This document shows, one piece after another, positions 1 through 11,041 of a DNA stretch of 53,636 bases. The notes under the pieces are model-generated. The model made no database searches. It saw nothing but the letters and a program-made list of their open reading frames with translations, and was not told the origin of the DNA. A program made the position numbers and the translations under genes. The DNA comes from Dimargaris cristalligena (taxonomy: Eukaryota), in NCBI GenBank assembly GCA_003614675.1, contig ML002265.1, positions 1 through 53,636 on the forward strand, given 5' to 3'. How positions within the stretch are numbered: position 1 is the first letter of the stretch; each line of letters begins with the position of its first letter.

Positions 1-215
1 ATCCGGATAATCCAACTGGTTAACTTAGGTTGTGTGGGTGGCAGTGGCCTCGAATGCCAAAGTGTTATCGCCTATCTAACCAGTAACAGAAGTAATAGTA
101 GCGCTATGAAGGTCCTGGTATATATATTTATGTATATATGTATCGATATGTATATATTCAACGTGTGCATATCGGCATTTGGCTATCCCAAATTACCCTC
201 CACTCACTGGCATGG

Positions 216-2613
216 TTAGGCCAAGTAGTTGAGGGTATTCTTTTGCTCTTCTGACCGCTCCAGGAACTCGCGTTCAATCAGGATATCGATATTCTTTTTG
301 ATGCTGGCTACTGACGGTTTGAACCGGGATTGGACTTGGACAATGGTTTCATTGACCAACTGGACGTGCTCCATTTGCTTGCGCGCCTTCATGATCCGGA
401 CAATAGCGGCCTGGATCAACCACTTCCGGTCTTCTTCGACGGTCTTGTGGGTGACCTCGGCCTCCACTCGCTGCTCACTCTTGACGGGCATGTTGAGGTT
501 GACCCGGACCTTCTTGTTCTTGAAGCCCAGGTTAATCTCGTACCAAGAGCCAGGTCCGCCCACCGACAGGGCATTTCCACCCGGTGTCGAGTGGTGGGCG
601 ATTACCAAACGGGACTTGACCAAGTTGGTCAGACTATTGATCAGCGTACTGGCCTCCAGTTCCGTGAGGTGGGTCAGGTCTTCAAAAGTGACGGTGTCCC
701 GGTCATTGAACAGGAGTAGAATGGCCATTTGGTAGGTTGACACTTGCAGCAAGTAGGGTGGGTTGGCCCCCGCTTTCACCCCCGGTTTGTTAAGCCGGGC
801 CCGTAGTTCACCCCGGCTGTGCTGGAATAGCCAGTTCAATTTGCGACCGTTGTGTTTAGTATCGTAGTATTTCTGGAATTGCTCGTAGAGAGGGGCTACG
901 GCATCGGGTACCCGGAAGGTCGTATTGGGGGGCTGGAGGGGCCACGACGCCGTACTCAGTACCAGGATGGAAAAGTCGGGGCAGTTGTTCCGACCCTCAG
1001 CCTCTAGATTATCCTTGAACCCGGTATCCAATTCGCGACTGAGCCCCACATCGGTGAACATGCGCTGCAGTTTGTGGGTGTATTCATGGCCGCACGCCAC
1101 TTTAAGTTTAGAAATCATGTTGGCCTCGGCGTCTTCACTGACCGAAGTTCGGTTGATGAGCCGTTTGGCGAGCATCTTGGAGTAGAACTTCTGGAAGACG
1201 TCCTTATCGTCAATATACTTAAAGACCGTCATAATGCCGCTGAGCTGCTGCTCCAGGAGGTTGTCGTCGGAGGTTCCCGCCCCACCGGAGGTAGTTGCCG
1301 TAGAGACCGCTGCTTTAGCCGGGGCCTTGCGTAGGAGACTGTCGCTGAAGCGGGCCAGGAGTTCGGGGGACCGAACCGAGTCGCCCTGCTTGCAGATACT
1401 ATTCCGGTTAATGAATTCTCGGCAGGCCTTGTCCAACTCCACCACGAAGCCCGAGTCATTGCTGAATGTATTGGCCACGAGAGTTTGGAAATTGCTGTGC
1501 ACCCGCAGTAAGGCTTCGGTGTAGGCCCGGGGGGTCGACGGTGGTGGGGTCGTCCAGCGGCTTGGCCAGCTCATCCACGGCATCGTGGCCCACCTGACCG
1601 ACGTGGTCCTTGAATAACTTGAGCAGAGGGACCATGCCGTCCTTCAGACGGGCCAGTAGGTGATAGAGTCGCCGTAGATCCTCCGTGGCTTCCTTACGTA
1701 GCAGGGGCAGAAACTCGCGATTCAGGATTTCGACCGTGGTCTCAATCAGGGTGGTGTTGCACACTTTCCGAAGCGGCGCCAGGGTAACCTGGGGTAAATA
1801 GAGCTGACACCACTGTTCCTCGTCATTAATCCAGGTGTCGGCCTGCTGCAAGTACTCGACAATGGTATGTTGGCTGCGGAAGGCCTCGCCTTCGCTCTGG
1901 TAGTAGGCCCGGGTGGCATCTAGGAAGGGGGTCTCAAAAGCTTGGTGGTATACCAGATGGGATGTTTTCCCCGGCTGACCTTCTTCGATGCTAACCAGAA
2001 CGAGGGAGTTTGCGAGTTCCTTGATGTATTCGGAGTGGATAGAGCCCCCCGCCCGCTTCGCGGCCATTTGATCTAAGACGGTGTTCATGAGGGTGGGTTT
2101 GAGGGGGGTAATCAGATGGACATTCCACAGGTGGAGGCAGAGGGTGTATACATCGTAAATGTCGTTCCGGCCCTCCTCGCGTTGGCGACGCACCCAGTAG
2201 CGGTTCATGTAGCGGAACACATGGTCAATGTAGCGGGCGCCCTTCTCGTAGCGCAGCCATTCCCGGCTATAGTAGGCCATGAGGTCCTCGCCGGCTTTGG
2301 CGTTGGCCTCCTGCTTAAGGGTTTCTAGGCGTTTGCGGAGATAATTTTGGAGAGAATTGTACAGTTCGCTGCCGAGGCCACTGCTGTGGGCCCGCATGGT
2401 GTTGTAGGGTGACCGACCGGCGGAGTGGTTTATGGTACTGAAACCGGTCTGGGTGGTCTGGGTCAAGTGGTTATATACGGTGGTGTACAGGTCCATGGAC
2501 CCACTGAGATTAAAGCCGTCCTGGAAGGCCATCAGGATCCGGTCCAGGCCGCTCTCTAGCAGAGCCCAATTTTCGCTGAAACTCCGACCCACACTATGGT
2601 TGCTTAGGTTCAT
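216..2613 (-). CDS. CUL1: Cullin-1 (SCF scaffold), intronless, about 798 aa; split by an apparent 1-bp insertion in the G6 run at 1529-1534
   Basis: Two overlapping ORFs (1456-2784 and 216-1583) give the N-terminal half (W..LESGLD, FRYMNRYWV) and the C-terminal half (SPELLARFSD, DKDVFQKFYSKMLAKRL, GRKLNWL, neddylation motif IVRIMKARK). Likely ATG at 2613. Removing one C restores ...VDPRAYTEALL. Confidence 0.93.
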
Positions 2614-5077
2614 GGCGGGTGGGGGGAGGAAGGAGAAGAGATAACACCAGCAGATAGGTAGAAACTGTAAAGAGAAGGGGTATATAGAAAGAAAAGTCGG
2701 AAATGAAGAAGAAATACACAGGAATGTGTGGGCGGGAGTAATTGTTAGAAAACGAAATAGGCTCGGGAGTAAAGCTGGGTTCAACTGGTCCCAAGGGAGG
2801 GGTAGCAGGATATAGGGGGGTGCTGTGCCTTCATAAGACCCCCGCGCCCCAGTGAAGAAGCAGAGTGGGTGGGAAAAGTTAGGAATGGCTGTGGGGGCTT
2901 TTTCCGTGCCTTCAGGCGAGTGGTTTAATGGTTCGTGATGTAGGCGAGAAGACTGGACCCGCTGACTGTGTCAGCGAATAAAACCCAGCCGAATGACCAT
3001 CGCAATATAGACTGGACGATTGTGAAGGCTGCGGTGACCAAATAGGTGTACCTGAACTTAATAGCTGGGTGCCGTACCTGTCCCAAATTAAGGCATTAAT
3101 GAGGGCTCCTCCTCATTGTTCCATTTATCCGAGGTACCAGCCACTGTCCTGATTACAACCAGATCCCTCTTGCTATCTAACCCAACGATCTCGATTTCAA
3201 AATAGCCTTTAAAGCGCATCTACAGTCTGGTGTGCCCGGCACCCAACACTGCCCATTCAGCGTTTTTCGGATTATCTTATAGACTGAGTTGATGGCTTGA
3301 TCACGGAATTAGTTTGGGCTGTAGAGTGAAGGGTCTATTGCTATTGAACAGTCCCTTTTAAGTGGCCAGATGTGATAGCAGCGGATCTCTTGCAAGAAAG
3401 TTCCTCAACTATTGAGAATAGCACGCCCTGCATCAATTCTGACATTCACTATTGTGAAACAATTGGTGAACATTTAGGATAAGTAAGTAAATGCTGTAGA
3501 CGTGTGTAAGGGAGCAGACCTATCTTTAGGCGGCTCACCTATAAAGGTTTAAAAAGGGCGGTCCTGTTTATAAGAACCGGTAAGCTGAACATGAACAGCT
3601 AAAAGATGAGTAAATAAACTAGGTACTTTTTGAAGATGCAATATGGCTTGGTTAACAGTCGTGCCACCTGATAGAAACACGGATTTATAGGAACATTTTG
3701 ATACTTTTATCGCTTTATAGGAAATACCTCACGTATTAGCATCACTTTACCTCTGGGAAATAGGTGAGGTCGCCCGCACATCACATGAGTTAGCGACTGT
3801 CAAAATATTAAGGTAAATGCTATCATTACCCAAGCCAAGCGCATGGGTCTCCCGCCTTTCTCAATGTACAAAGGCAAATATTAAAGTAGCAGTTTATCAT
3901 TCCATACCCATCGACCTATTATTCTTGGGACCCATTATAATTAATATAAAGGTACTATTTTAAACCGAGGCCTGACCCAATGCCACGGCGTTAAGTTTGG
4001 AGATTGTAATGTAATGGGAAGATGCTGATTAACTACAGGGAAAATCCAACCCAGCTATGCAATGCAGCATCTTCGGTTTTCCCACTCACCTATTATTGAA
4101 AGTATTCAGCAGTTATATTGAACTATTTTCCCATACTTGTTGCAAGGGGACTTGGGCTGGTTACTTTGCTGAAGTCCATCGGTTCATGCAGCTCACCTCA
4201 CTCCCCCTCGGACACTGAGCACATCCCGCCAACTTCTAAAATCACAGTAGTGCTTATAATGCACAACCCCGCAGCTACAAGTCCACGCTTAGCGGAACGC
4301 ACGGCAGCTGGGAGATTGCCAACGATACTACCCCTCGTGGGTTCTGACTTCCCTGTTAAATTGAGTCATAAAGCGATGCCAATTACAGTAGTGCTGACAC
4401 CCCTAATGAATAGGGAGGCTTGGTGTGCTACGTTTCGATTCCTGCTTGGATATCCAGATCCCTTTAGAATTGTATTAATATACCCATCCAACCGCTCGCC
4501 CTACCCGTGGCAGATATTCTAAGGGACCTAGAAGTCTACAGAAGTGTGCCAATTCATGGATTAGCAGTATACAAGGTACCAGACCAGTCACATGTGCTCA
4601 GTCGGGGGTCAACTAGCCTGTAGTTTTGATAATTACGTTTCGATGGTAAACACTGTCACTTTCCAGCTTAAAGAGTTTTAGTATTACGCAGGCAAAATAT
4701 ATCAGCAGCTTTGCTAAATATGAGGATCATTTCTCCTCGGATTAATTAGTGTATTAGATGTATAAAAGTCCCGGCTAATTTCCACCCCTTACGAACTGAA
4801 TAAGAAATGCCTTCAATAAGCCAAGAGTCCCATTGTTCACTTCTTATAGGGCACTACACATTGTGACTAGCTTAACCGTTCAAATTATCTAACCATTAAG
4901 CCAATGTCAGTAGGAAACCACACTGAATGCAGACTCCACTGAACCTATGGATAGAACTGAGAAGCATAGTAAACCAAATGAGGGTGTATCCCACCTCACT
5001 TAAGTTAGGCCATCTATTGTACTGCCATGGGTGGTGGAAACTCTGCTGCATAAGTATTGGCACCACTCGGCCATCAG

Positions 5078-5560
5078 GGCACAGTTGCCATATGGGCAAG
5101 GTCAAATAACCGGCTACTACCAGGTTCCTATGGGAGCTGGGAGTTTTATCACCTTCTTTTTACAAATTGATTCACCCATTATTCAGCCTTTCGATCCAAT
5201 TATAGTATTCTAAGTCTTCTACATTAAGGCTGAATAAAGGTACAGTGGGTCGAAGTTGGTGCTGAGCCTGGCCTAGGATTACCCCTTTGAACTACCGTGT
5301 TTATACTATTAACCCCCTCTTTAAGCCATGACTTGGAAATATCCTGGCTATCTGACAGTCTCCTCCTTGGAATTGCATCTAGCAATAGTGAATCATAAAT
5401 TATTTTATACCCTATCAACATCGGATGTTTAGGAGGCTTTTAAATACTACCACTCTGCAAGTCTTCCAGCCTTTTAACATCACTTTCCTTCCATTTACCT
5501 ATTTTATAACCACAGTCTAGTCATCACACTAGCTTTTCCCCTACCACGGGAATATATGAT
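5078..5560. repeat. Left arm of a 483-bp near-perfect inverted repeat (partner 7875-8357)
   Basis: Reverse complement matches 7875-8357 with one mismatch seen by eye. Identical 65-aa ORFs appear at 5224-5421(-) and 8014-8211(+). Confidence 0.95.
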
Positions 5561-7129
5561 CCATGATCATTAGGGTTTACATCGTTAGAAATAATTATCC
5601 TAGTCTGGTCATCTAGTATACATACATCACCCCATTTTCCCCTATTCAAACACCGAGTATCATATGAGATATTCAAATAAATTTATTTCAAACTTCACCA
5701 GTATAAGGGATGTTTCCCAGTTAAATGTATCGTTTTGCTCTATTTTCTATTCCATTATCTATTTAACTTAATACCTCTTTCATCGAATTTGTATACCAGT
5801 ATTAACCTGCCAATATAACAGCAAAACCAGTGCTTGACTTCAATGGATCTGCTCAATCCCGACCTACCCAAGTCCACCTCTACCTCTGGCCCCTTGATGT
5901 CTAAGCACAGCATCCCCTTCCATACCACCAAGCTCAAGGAACCAGTCACGAGTGATGTGTTAGGATCTTCTCAAAGTGCTGACCCAACACTACGCTCAGT
6001 TATAATGTATTCTAAGGAGTCTTATTTACCAAAAACTATTTAATAAATATTCCAAATAGCTTAGTCTACTCCTTGAGGCCTTTTCCTCCTTTTACCTGTA
6101 TTAGTGAATCCGATTTATCTACCTCAGTATTACATATTTCGAGGGAAGTTGTGGTTATACCTAATAATTAGAACCATGCCACATGTCAATTATGGTACAA
6201 TATTTGTACAGCTACTTTTAATAACTGTGCATTCAGAAAACGGTATGATAGAATAAATATTGCTTAGTCAATTCAGACAGTGCACCAAAAGTGTACCTCC
6301 AGATTGGATTGGATCACTACAGTTAGGTTCATTGATTGAACCTAAGCAGCCAGCCATGCACCATCATCAGATCTAGGGTCACTATTAGTACAAAGGGTCA
6401 TTAAATCAACCTCAAACAAGACTGCAGACAATTATTGCCTACTAATGAGTAAAACACCAACTGCTTACAGCATCTTAAAGCCACGGATTTAGTGAAATTC
6501 ATCCTAATCATTGGCCCTTCTAATCCAACTTAATCTGGACATAATAATTGCCTGGCCCTATTAGGCCTTATAGTGTCATATTAACCTTCCCATGGTCATC
6601 TCTGGTACTATGGGATTACCCTATATCATATAACCATTCCCCTTCTGGACTCCTTAGTTTGCACTAATTACTCCAGTACTGATCTGTAGACTCCTCCAGT
6701 TCCTAATAAGAGTCTTCCAATTCCTCACACTGTCTGGTGGGTTTATTTACCTATACCTTAGTCTTAGTAGTAACCTCCCCCAGGGACCTCTCTCTGGAGT
6801 TGCCCCTGTGTATATATAACTGGGCCCCACTGGGACCAGTTAGATTCCTCAGCTTATTCTTACCCCCTAGTTTATCCCAATAAACCATATATATACTCAC
6901 CCCCTTGTATTTAACTAGTAAGTATACCCCCTGCACATCCCTTACCTATACCTGCATCTTGTAGCCTTTATTAGTTAGTACTATGCCCCCACCTAACATC
7001 AAGACCCACTTGGTTGAGCCTGACCCCTTTCTGCTATTAGAAGCTTAACCCCAGGACTCTTGACAGACTAAGAGTAGTTAACTCAGGTAATAAGTAAACT
7101 AGGGGTAAGAATAACCTAAAGACTCTAAC

Positions 7130-7318
7130 TGTTGGAATATTAAGGACACAAAGAAAAAAAAACTGGAAGTAAGGGAAGAAAGCAGCTAGAGGACAGTAGG
7201 TTCCTCTAGGTGGTTAGTTTTATTAAACTATAATTTCAATAGGGTGAAATATAAGTAGCTAATATAATTGGGTGAAACAGGATATGATAAAGAACACATA
7301 GGAACATATTCTTCAATA
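7130..7318. mobile_element. Solo LTR (189 bp), copia-like termini, 5-bp TSD CTAAC
   Basis: CTAAC|TGTTGGAATAT...ATATTCTTCAATA|CTAAC (terminal CA decayed to TA). The empty site is seen in the opposite fold-back arm. Confidence 0.8.
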
Positions 7319-7362
7319 CTAACTAGTCTTAATGGGGCCCAGTTATATATATATGGGGATAA

Positions 7363-7577
7363 TGTTAGAAAACCATTTCATCCTGAGTGTGGAATACTCT
7401 TCCTGATGCAGCACATGCTCACTGGCCTCCTATTGGTCAGATTTTCTCTAATAAAAACTACTATAGAGAGCTTAATCATCTCCTTGTGGTTCTTTCCTAC
7501 TCTTATCTATTTTTGGCATAAGCTTTATTATCAATCTCAGATTATCATCTATGAGAGAACTTGCAGTTATTCCAACA
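7363..7577. mobile_element. Solo LTR (215 bp), copia-like termini, 5-bp TSD GATAA
   Basis: GATAA|TGTTAGAA...TTCCAACA|GATAA with TG...CA ends. The empty site (ggggcaactccagag) is present in the opposite arm. Confidence 0.85.
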
Positions 7578-7874
7578 GATAACTCTAGAGGGAGGTCCTA
7601 AGGGAAGGATACTATTAAGACTATAGAATAAGTAAATAGGCTGACTGGATGGCTACTAGTATCTAGAAGACTCTAACTGATTAGTACTTAAGTAATTAGT
7701 ATGAATGGGTAGAGTCTAGAAGGGGAAGGGTTATATAATAAGGGATAATCCCATAGTACCAGGGGTGACTGTAGGAAGGTTAATATAGTACTATAAGGCC
7801 TAATATAGTTAGATATCTAAGCTAGCTAGATTAAAGTAGATTAGATGGTCTAATATATACTTTAATAATTTTAA

Positions 7875-8357
7875 ATCATATATTCCCGTGGTAGGGGAAA
7901 AGCTAGTGTGATGACTAGACTGTGGTTATAAAATAGGTAAATGGAAGGAAAGTGATGTTAAAAGGCTGGAAGACTTGCAGAGTGGTAGTATTTAAAAGCC
8001 TCCTAAACATCCGATGTTGATAGGGTATAAAATAATTTATGATTCACTATTGCTAGATGCAATTCCAAGGAGGAGACTGTCAGATAGCCAGGATATTTCC
8101 AAGTCATGGCTTAAAGAGGGGGTTAATAGTATAAACACGGTAGTTCAAAGGGGTAATCCTAGGCCAGGCTCAGCACCAACTTCGACCCACTGTACCTTCA
8201 TTCAGCCTTAATGTAGAAGACTTAGAATACTATAATTGGATCGAAAGGCTGAATAATGGGTGAATCAATTTGTAAAAAGAAGGTGATAAAACTCCCAGCT
8301 CCCATAGGAACCTGGTAGTAGCCGGTTATTTGACCTTGCCCATATGGCAACTGTGCC
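7875..8357. repeat. Right arm of the 483-bp near-perfect inverted repeat (partner 5078-5560)
   Basis: Both boundary pairs sum to 13435 (5078+8357 and 5560+7875). Weaker homology continues about 55 bp outward (about 5023-5077 vs about 8358-8414). Confidence 0.95.
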
Positions 8358-9969
8358 TCGATGGCCGAGCGGTACCAATATTTACGTGACCAAGCTCCCA
8401 TCACCCATGGCAGTTCATCTAGCATGTGTCCAGAGGATGGGCAGTTAAATTTTGGGCATACCAGGCCAACTTATCCAAAACCCGGGTAGGTTACGAATAA
8501 GGGTTGCCAATGATTTGCGAGCCATTCACACACTCTACAATCCTGGACTCTTCACCAAATAAACGTGCAAGAAACTCCGGGGACTTCATTCACCAGGGAA
8601 CCCCTTATTTGCAACCAGGCCTATACTAACCAATGATTAATCCCTAAGGTCAGCAGCCCCCGGGTCGATCCACGTGGTTTCCATGGCCAGAAATGCCCAA
8701 CCGTACCCGGTGTAAACTCTAAACCTATATTATCGCACTGTTCTGCGAAACGAAGGGCAGCCAATTTTTCCTACCATCCCCATGGCAATCCAAATCATCA
8801 GCTGTGCTCCCATCCCCCGACCCCCAAGGGAAAACGAGCAAATCCTTTGTAAGGGTAAGTTCAGTAGGGTGCGGCCAATCTCTAGGGTCTGAGTATAGGT
8901 ATGCCCTTCCATATTGGCGATTGTAATGCTTACCTATTTCCCATAGCGCGGAACCGAGGGATTATATATTATAATAACAAGACCCGCTATATTCTAAGTT
9001 GACATTGGGACTTGGGGTGTTGCCGATAAGCGGAGTTTATTCATTTAAAACTCCCTTCTAATCTACCCACTTATGAGCCCGACCTGTCAGTGATGAGATG
9101 ATAAGTCGGAAATTTGAAAAAATGATCTCCTTTATTCAGGGCCAAGCCCATGGTGGAGAGCCAAAGATTATGCATCCCTGATTCGGGCAAATTAGACAGA
9201 CTAGGGATAGTTTGGAGTTGGGAAAAATGACTCGTTTCTTCGGCAATCTCGCACGAACATCCATGTCTTATTGCCTCTAATGGCCGAGTCGGTGACGTTG
9301 TACTACTGGGCAGTCACTTTGTTGAGCGCTGGGAATGGGTGCAGGTATGATAGACCCCACCCTCGGTAGACATTTAACCAGAGGAGCTGGATTGTCGCTG
9401 TGAAAAATTTTGGCAACCTATTTCTCAAACGTAGGGTAAAGTCAACTGGGTACCCTTGACTAGAGCAGCAGGGAAACCAATGAAATTTTGATGAGCGGAC
9501 TTTGGATTGATTGGATAATTTATGGGATTTCTGCCATTAGTTCTAAGAAAAAGGGATAAACGAGTTGGGGGTATCGTAAACGATTTATTGGACGACCACC
9601 CCGGGGTTAGTATGGGAAAGGGCCAGTCCTGCTATGTAACGAAAATTCCGTTGGATGAAGTAGATTTTATTGGTTAAAGGCGACTTGCTCATCTATTTCA
9701 CCGCTCGATTTTCAATCAATATCTAATACAGGGGTGGTGAACTTCGCTCAATTCTCCATTGGGAATTTGCGCCTAGGATGGTGTAGCCCAGCCGAGTATT
9801 ATCAAATATTTAGCCATATATTATGTTGATAGTATGTAAAATGAAACATTTGGTACATAGCAAGACACTCTAGCAATATCCTAGAAGCTGTTCACATTAT
9901 CAATTTTGGAAGCATGCTAATTCACCACCAGTCGATTGTTTGCCTCTCACTTGTCCTCGTCCCGGCAAG

Positions 9970-9976
9970 TATAAAA
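9970..9976 (+). promoter_or_regulatory. Candidate TATA box of the small peptide gene
   Basis: TATAAAA about 135 bp upstream of ATG 10107, followed by a C-rich leader. Confidence 0.5.
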
Positions 9977-10106
9977 GAGCTTCAATTCGCCTACTATGTA
10001 ACAACAGTATTCACCGATTCCAGTCTCCCATCTACCCCACTACCTCCCAACTCTCCCCGACCGTACCCCACCTACCTACCCCCTCCAACTCGCCCATTCA
10101 CTCACC

Positions 10107-10286
10107 ATGGTTTCCATTCGCCTCGCTGTTATCGCCGCTGCGGCTGTTCTCTTAGCCGGTACTCAGGCTAGCCCCGCTGACCACCGCTTCCCCGATTTGA
10201 GCAAGCGCCAATTGACCGGCGGTTCCGGCAACGGCAGTGGTGGCATTGGCCTGGGCTGGGGGTCTTGCTGGAACGGCTGGTGCTAG
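10107..10286 (+). CDS. Small secreted prepro-peptide, 59 aa (MVSIRLAVIAAAAVLLAGTQASPADHRFPDLSKR-QLTGGSGNGSGGIGLGWGSCWNGWC)
   Basis: Translated by hand; below the ORF-track cutoff. CACC-ATG-G context, hydrophobic signal peptide, KR dibasic site, C/T-ending codon bias like the neighbouring real genes, upstream TATA. Confidence 0.8.
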   Translation: MVSIRLAVIAAAAVLLAGTQASPADHRFPDLSKRQLTGGSGNGSGGIGLGWGSCWNGWC

Positions 10287-11041
10287 ATCACCAGTTAACT
10301 CCCCCCCTCCCACACACACACACATTTATCTCGACTCCCCTCCCCCGCCCACACCCCTACTATTGCCGCCCCAACTCCAGCTCGGTTGACCCGTCCTTAG
10401 GCATGATGGTCCGGTACCCCTGCTAGTTTAACCCAAATCACCTTTACTGGTGATTACACTATTTACCTAATAAATTTCTATAACCCCTGATCTTGAATAT
10501 GCGGTCCTATGTTAATAGAATGTAGATCATGCGGCTAATCTGAGCATTTGTATTATAGACTAGGTATTTTGCGATGAGGCTCAAGGGCCGCTGTTGGCCA
10601 TACAATAGACAGGTACCATTGTAGTTGGATAAAACGCAAATACTCAAGGATATAAACTAAGGTCACTACCACCGTGGCCTATATCACTTAGCCCAGTTAG
10701 TTCAATAGCACACTGGTTAACAGAGCAGTGAATGTCTCATTTTACCTCAGGGATGAGGAGTTGTTTCCAACTGGAATTTTAATGGTCTAAATTCAGCGGA
10801 TTATGGAGATATTGCAAAGGAATTACCCATATTAATCAGTATGTGTTAGAGCTTCTGGCAGGAATGGTCGTCCAATTAAAAAACTGGCCGTAAACTACCG
10901 AGCCGACCTAGGATTTTATCTAAGATGCAAAAACAAGAACGGGCTGAAAAGGATTAAAGGTGATCGATAACGGTTAAAAATACAAAGGCCACCGCAACAT
11001 GGGGGGGGATATACCGCCCTCATTCGGACAGGCGGTAGCGT

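Larger units (their letters stand above)
6486..7877. mobile_element. Decayed fold-back/MITE-like element with long diverged inverted arms (about 6486-6874 and about 7096-7877); right arm interrupted by two solo LTRs
   Basis: rc(6559-6650) gagtccagaaggggaatggttatatgatatagggtaatcccatagtaccagag aligns with 7712ff gagtctagaaggggaagggttatataataagggataatcccatagtaccaggg. The alignment is colinear once both LTRs are removed. Confidence 0.75.

Noticed and set aside
2915-2960. tRNA-like TGGTTTAATGG/GGTTCG fragments (also near 32657 and 49251)
   Set aside because: No cloverleaf or correct A/B-box spacing.
4018-4075. Short hairpins (GAAGATGCTG/CAGCATCTTC here; others near 12575-12620 and 13951-13971)
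   Set aside because: Stems of 8-10 bp are expected by chance; no TSD or RNA-gene context.
5120-5160. TGYYQVPM resembles the reverse-transcriptase GYYQ motif
   Set aside because: No preceding D(L/I), no following KTAF/MPFGL and no YxDD.
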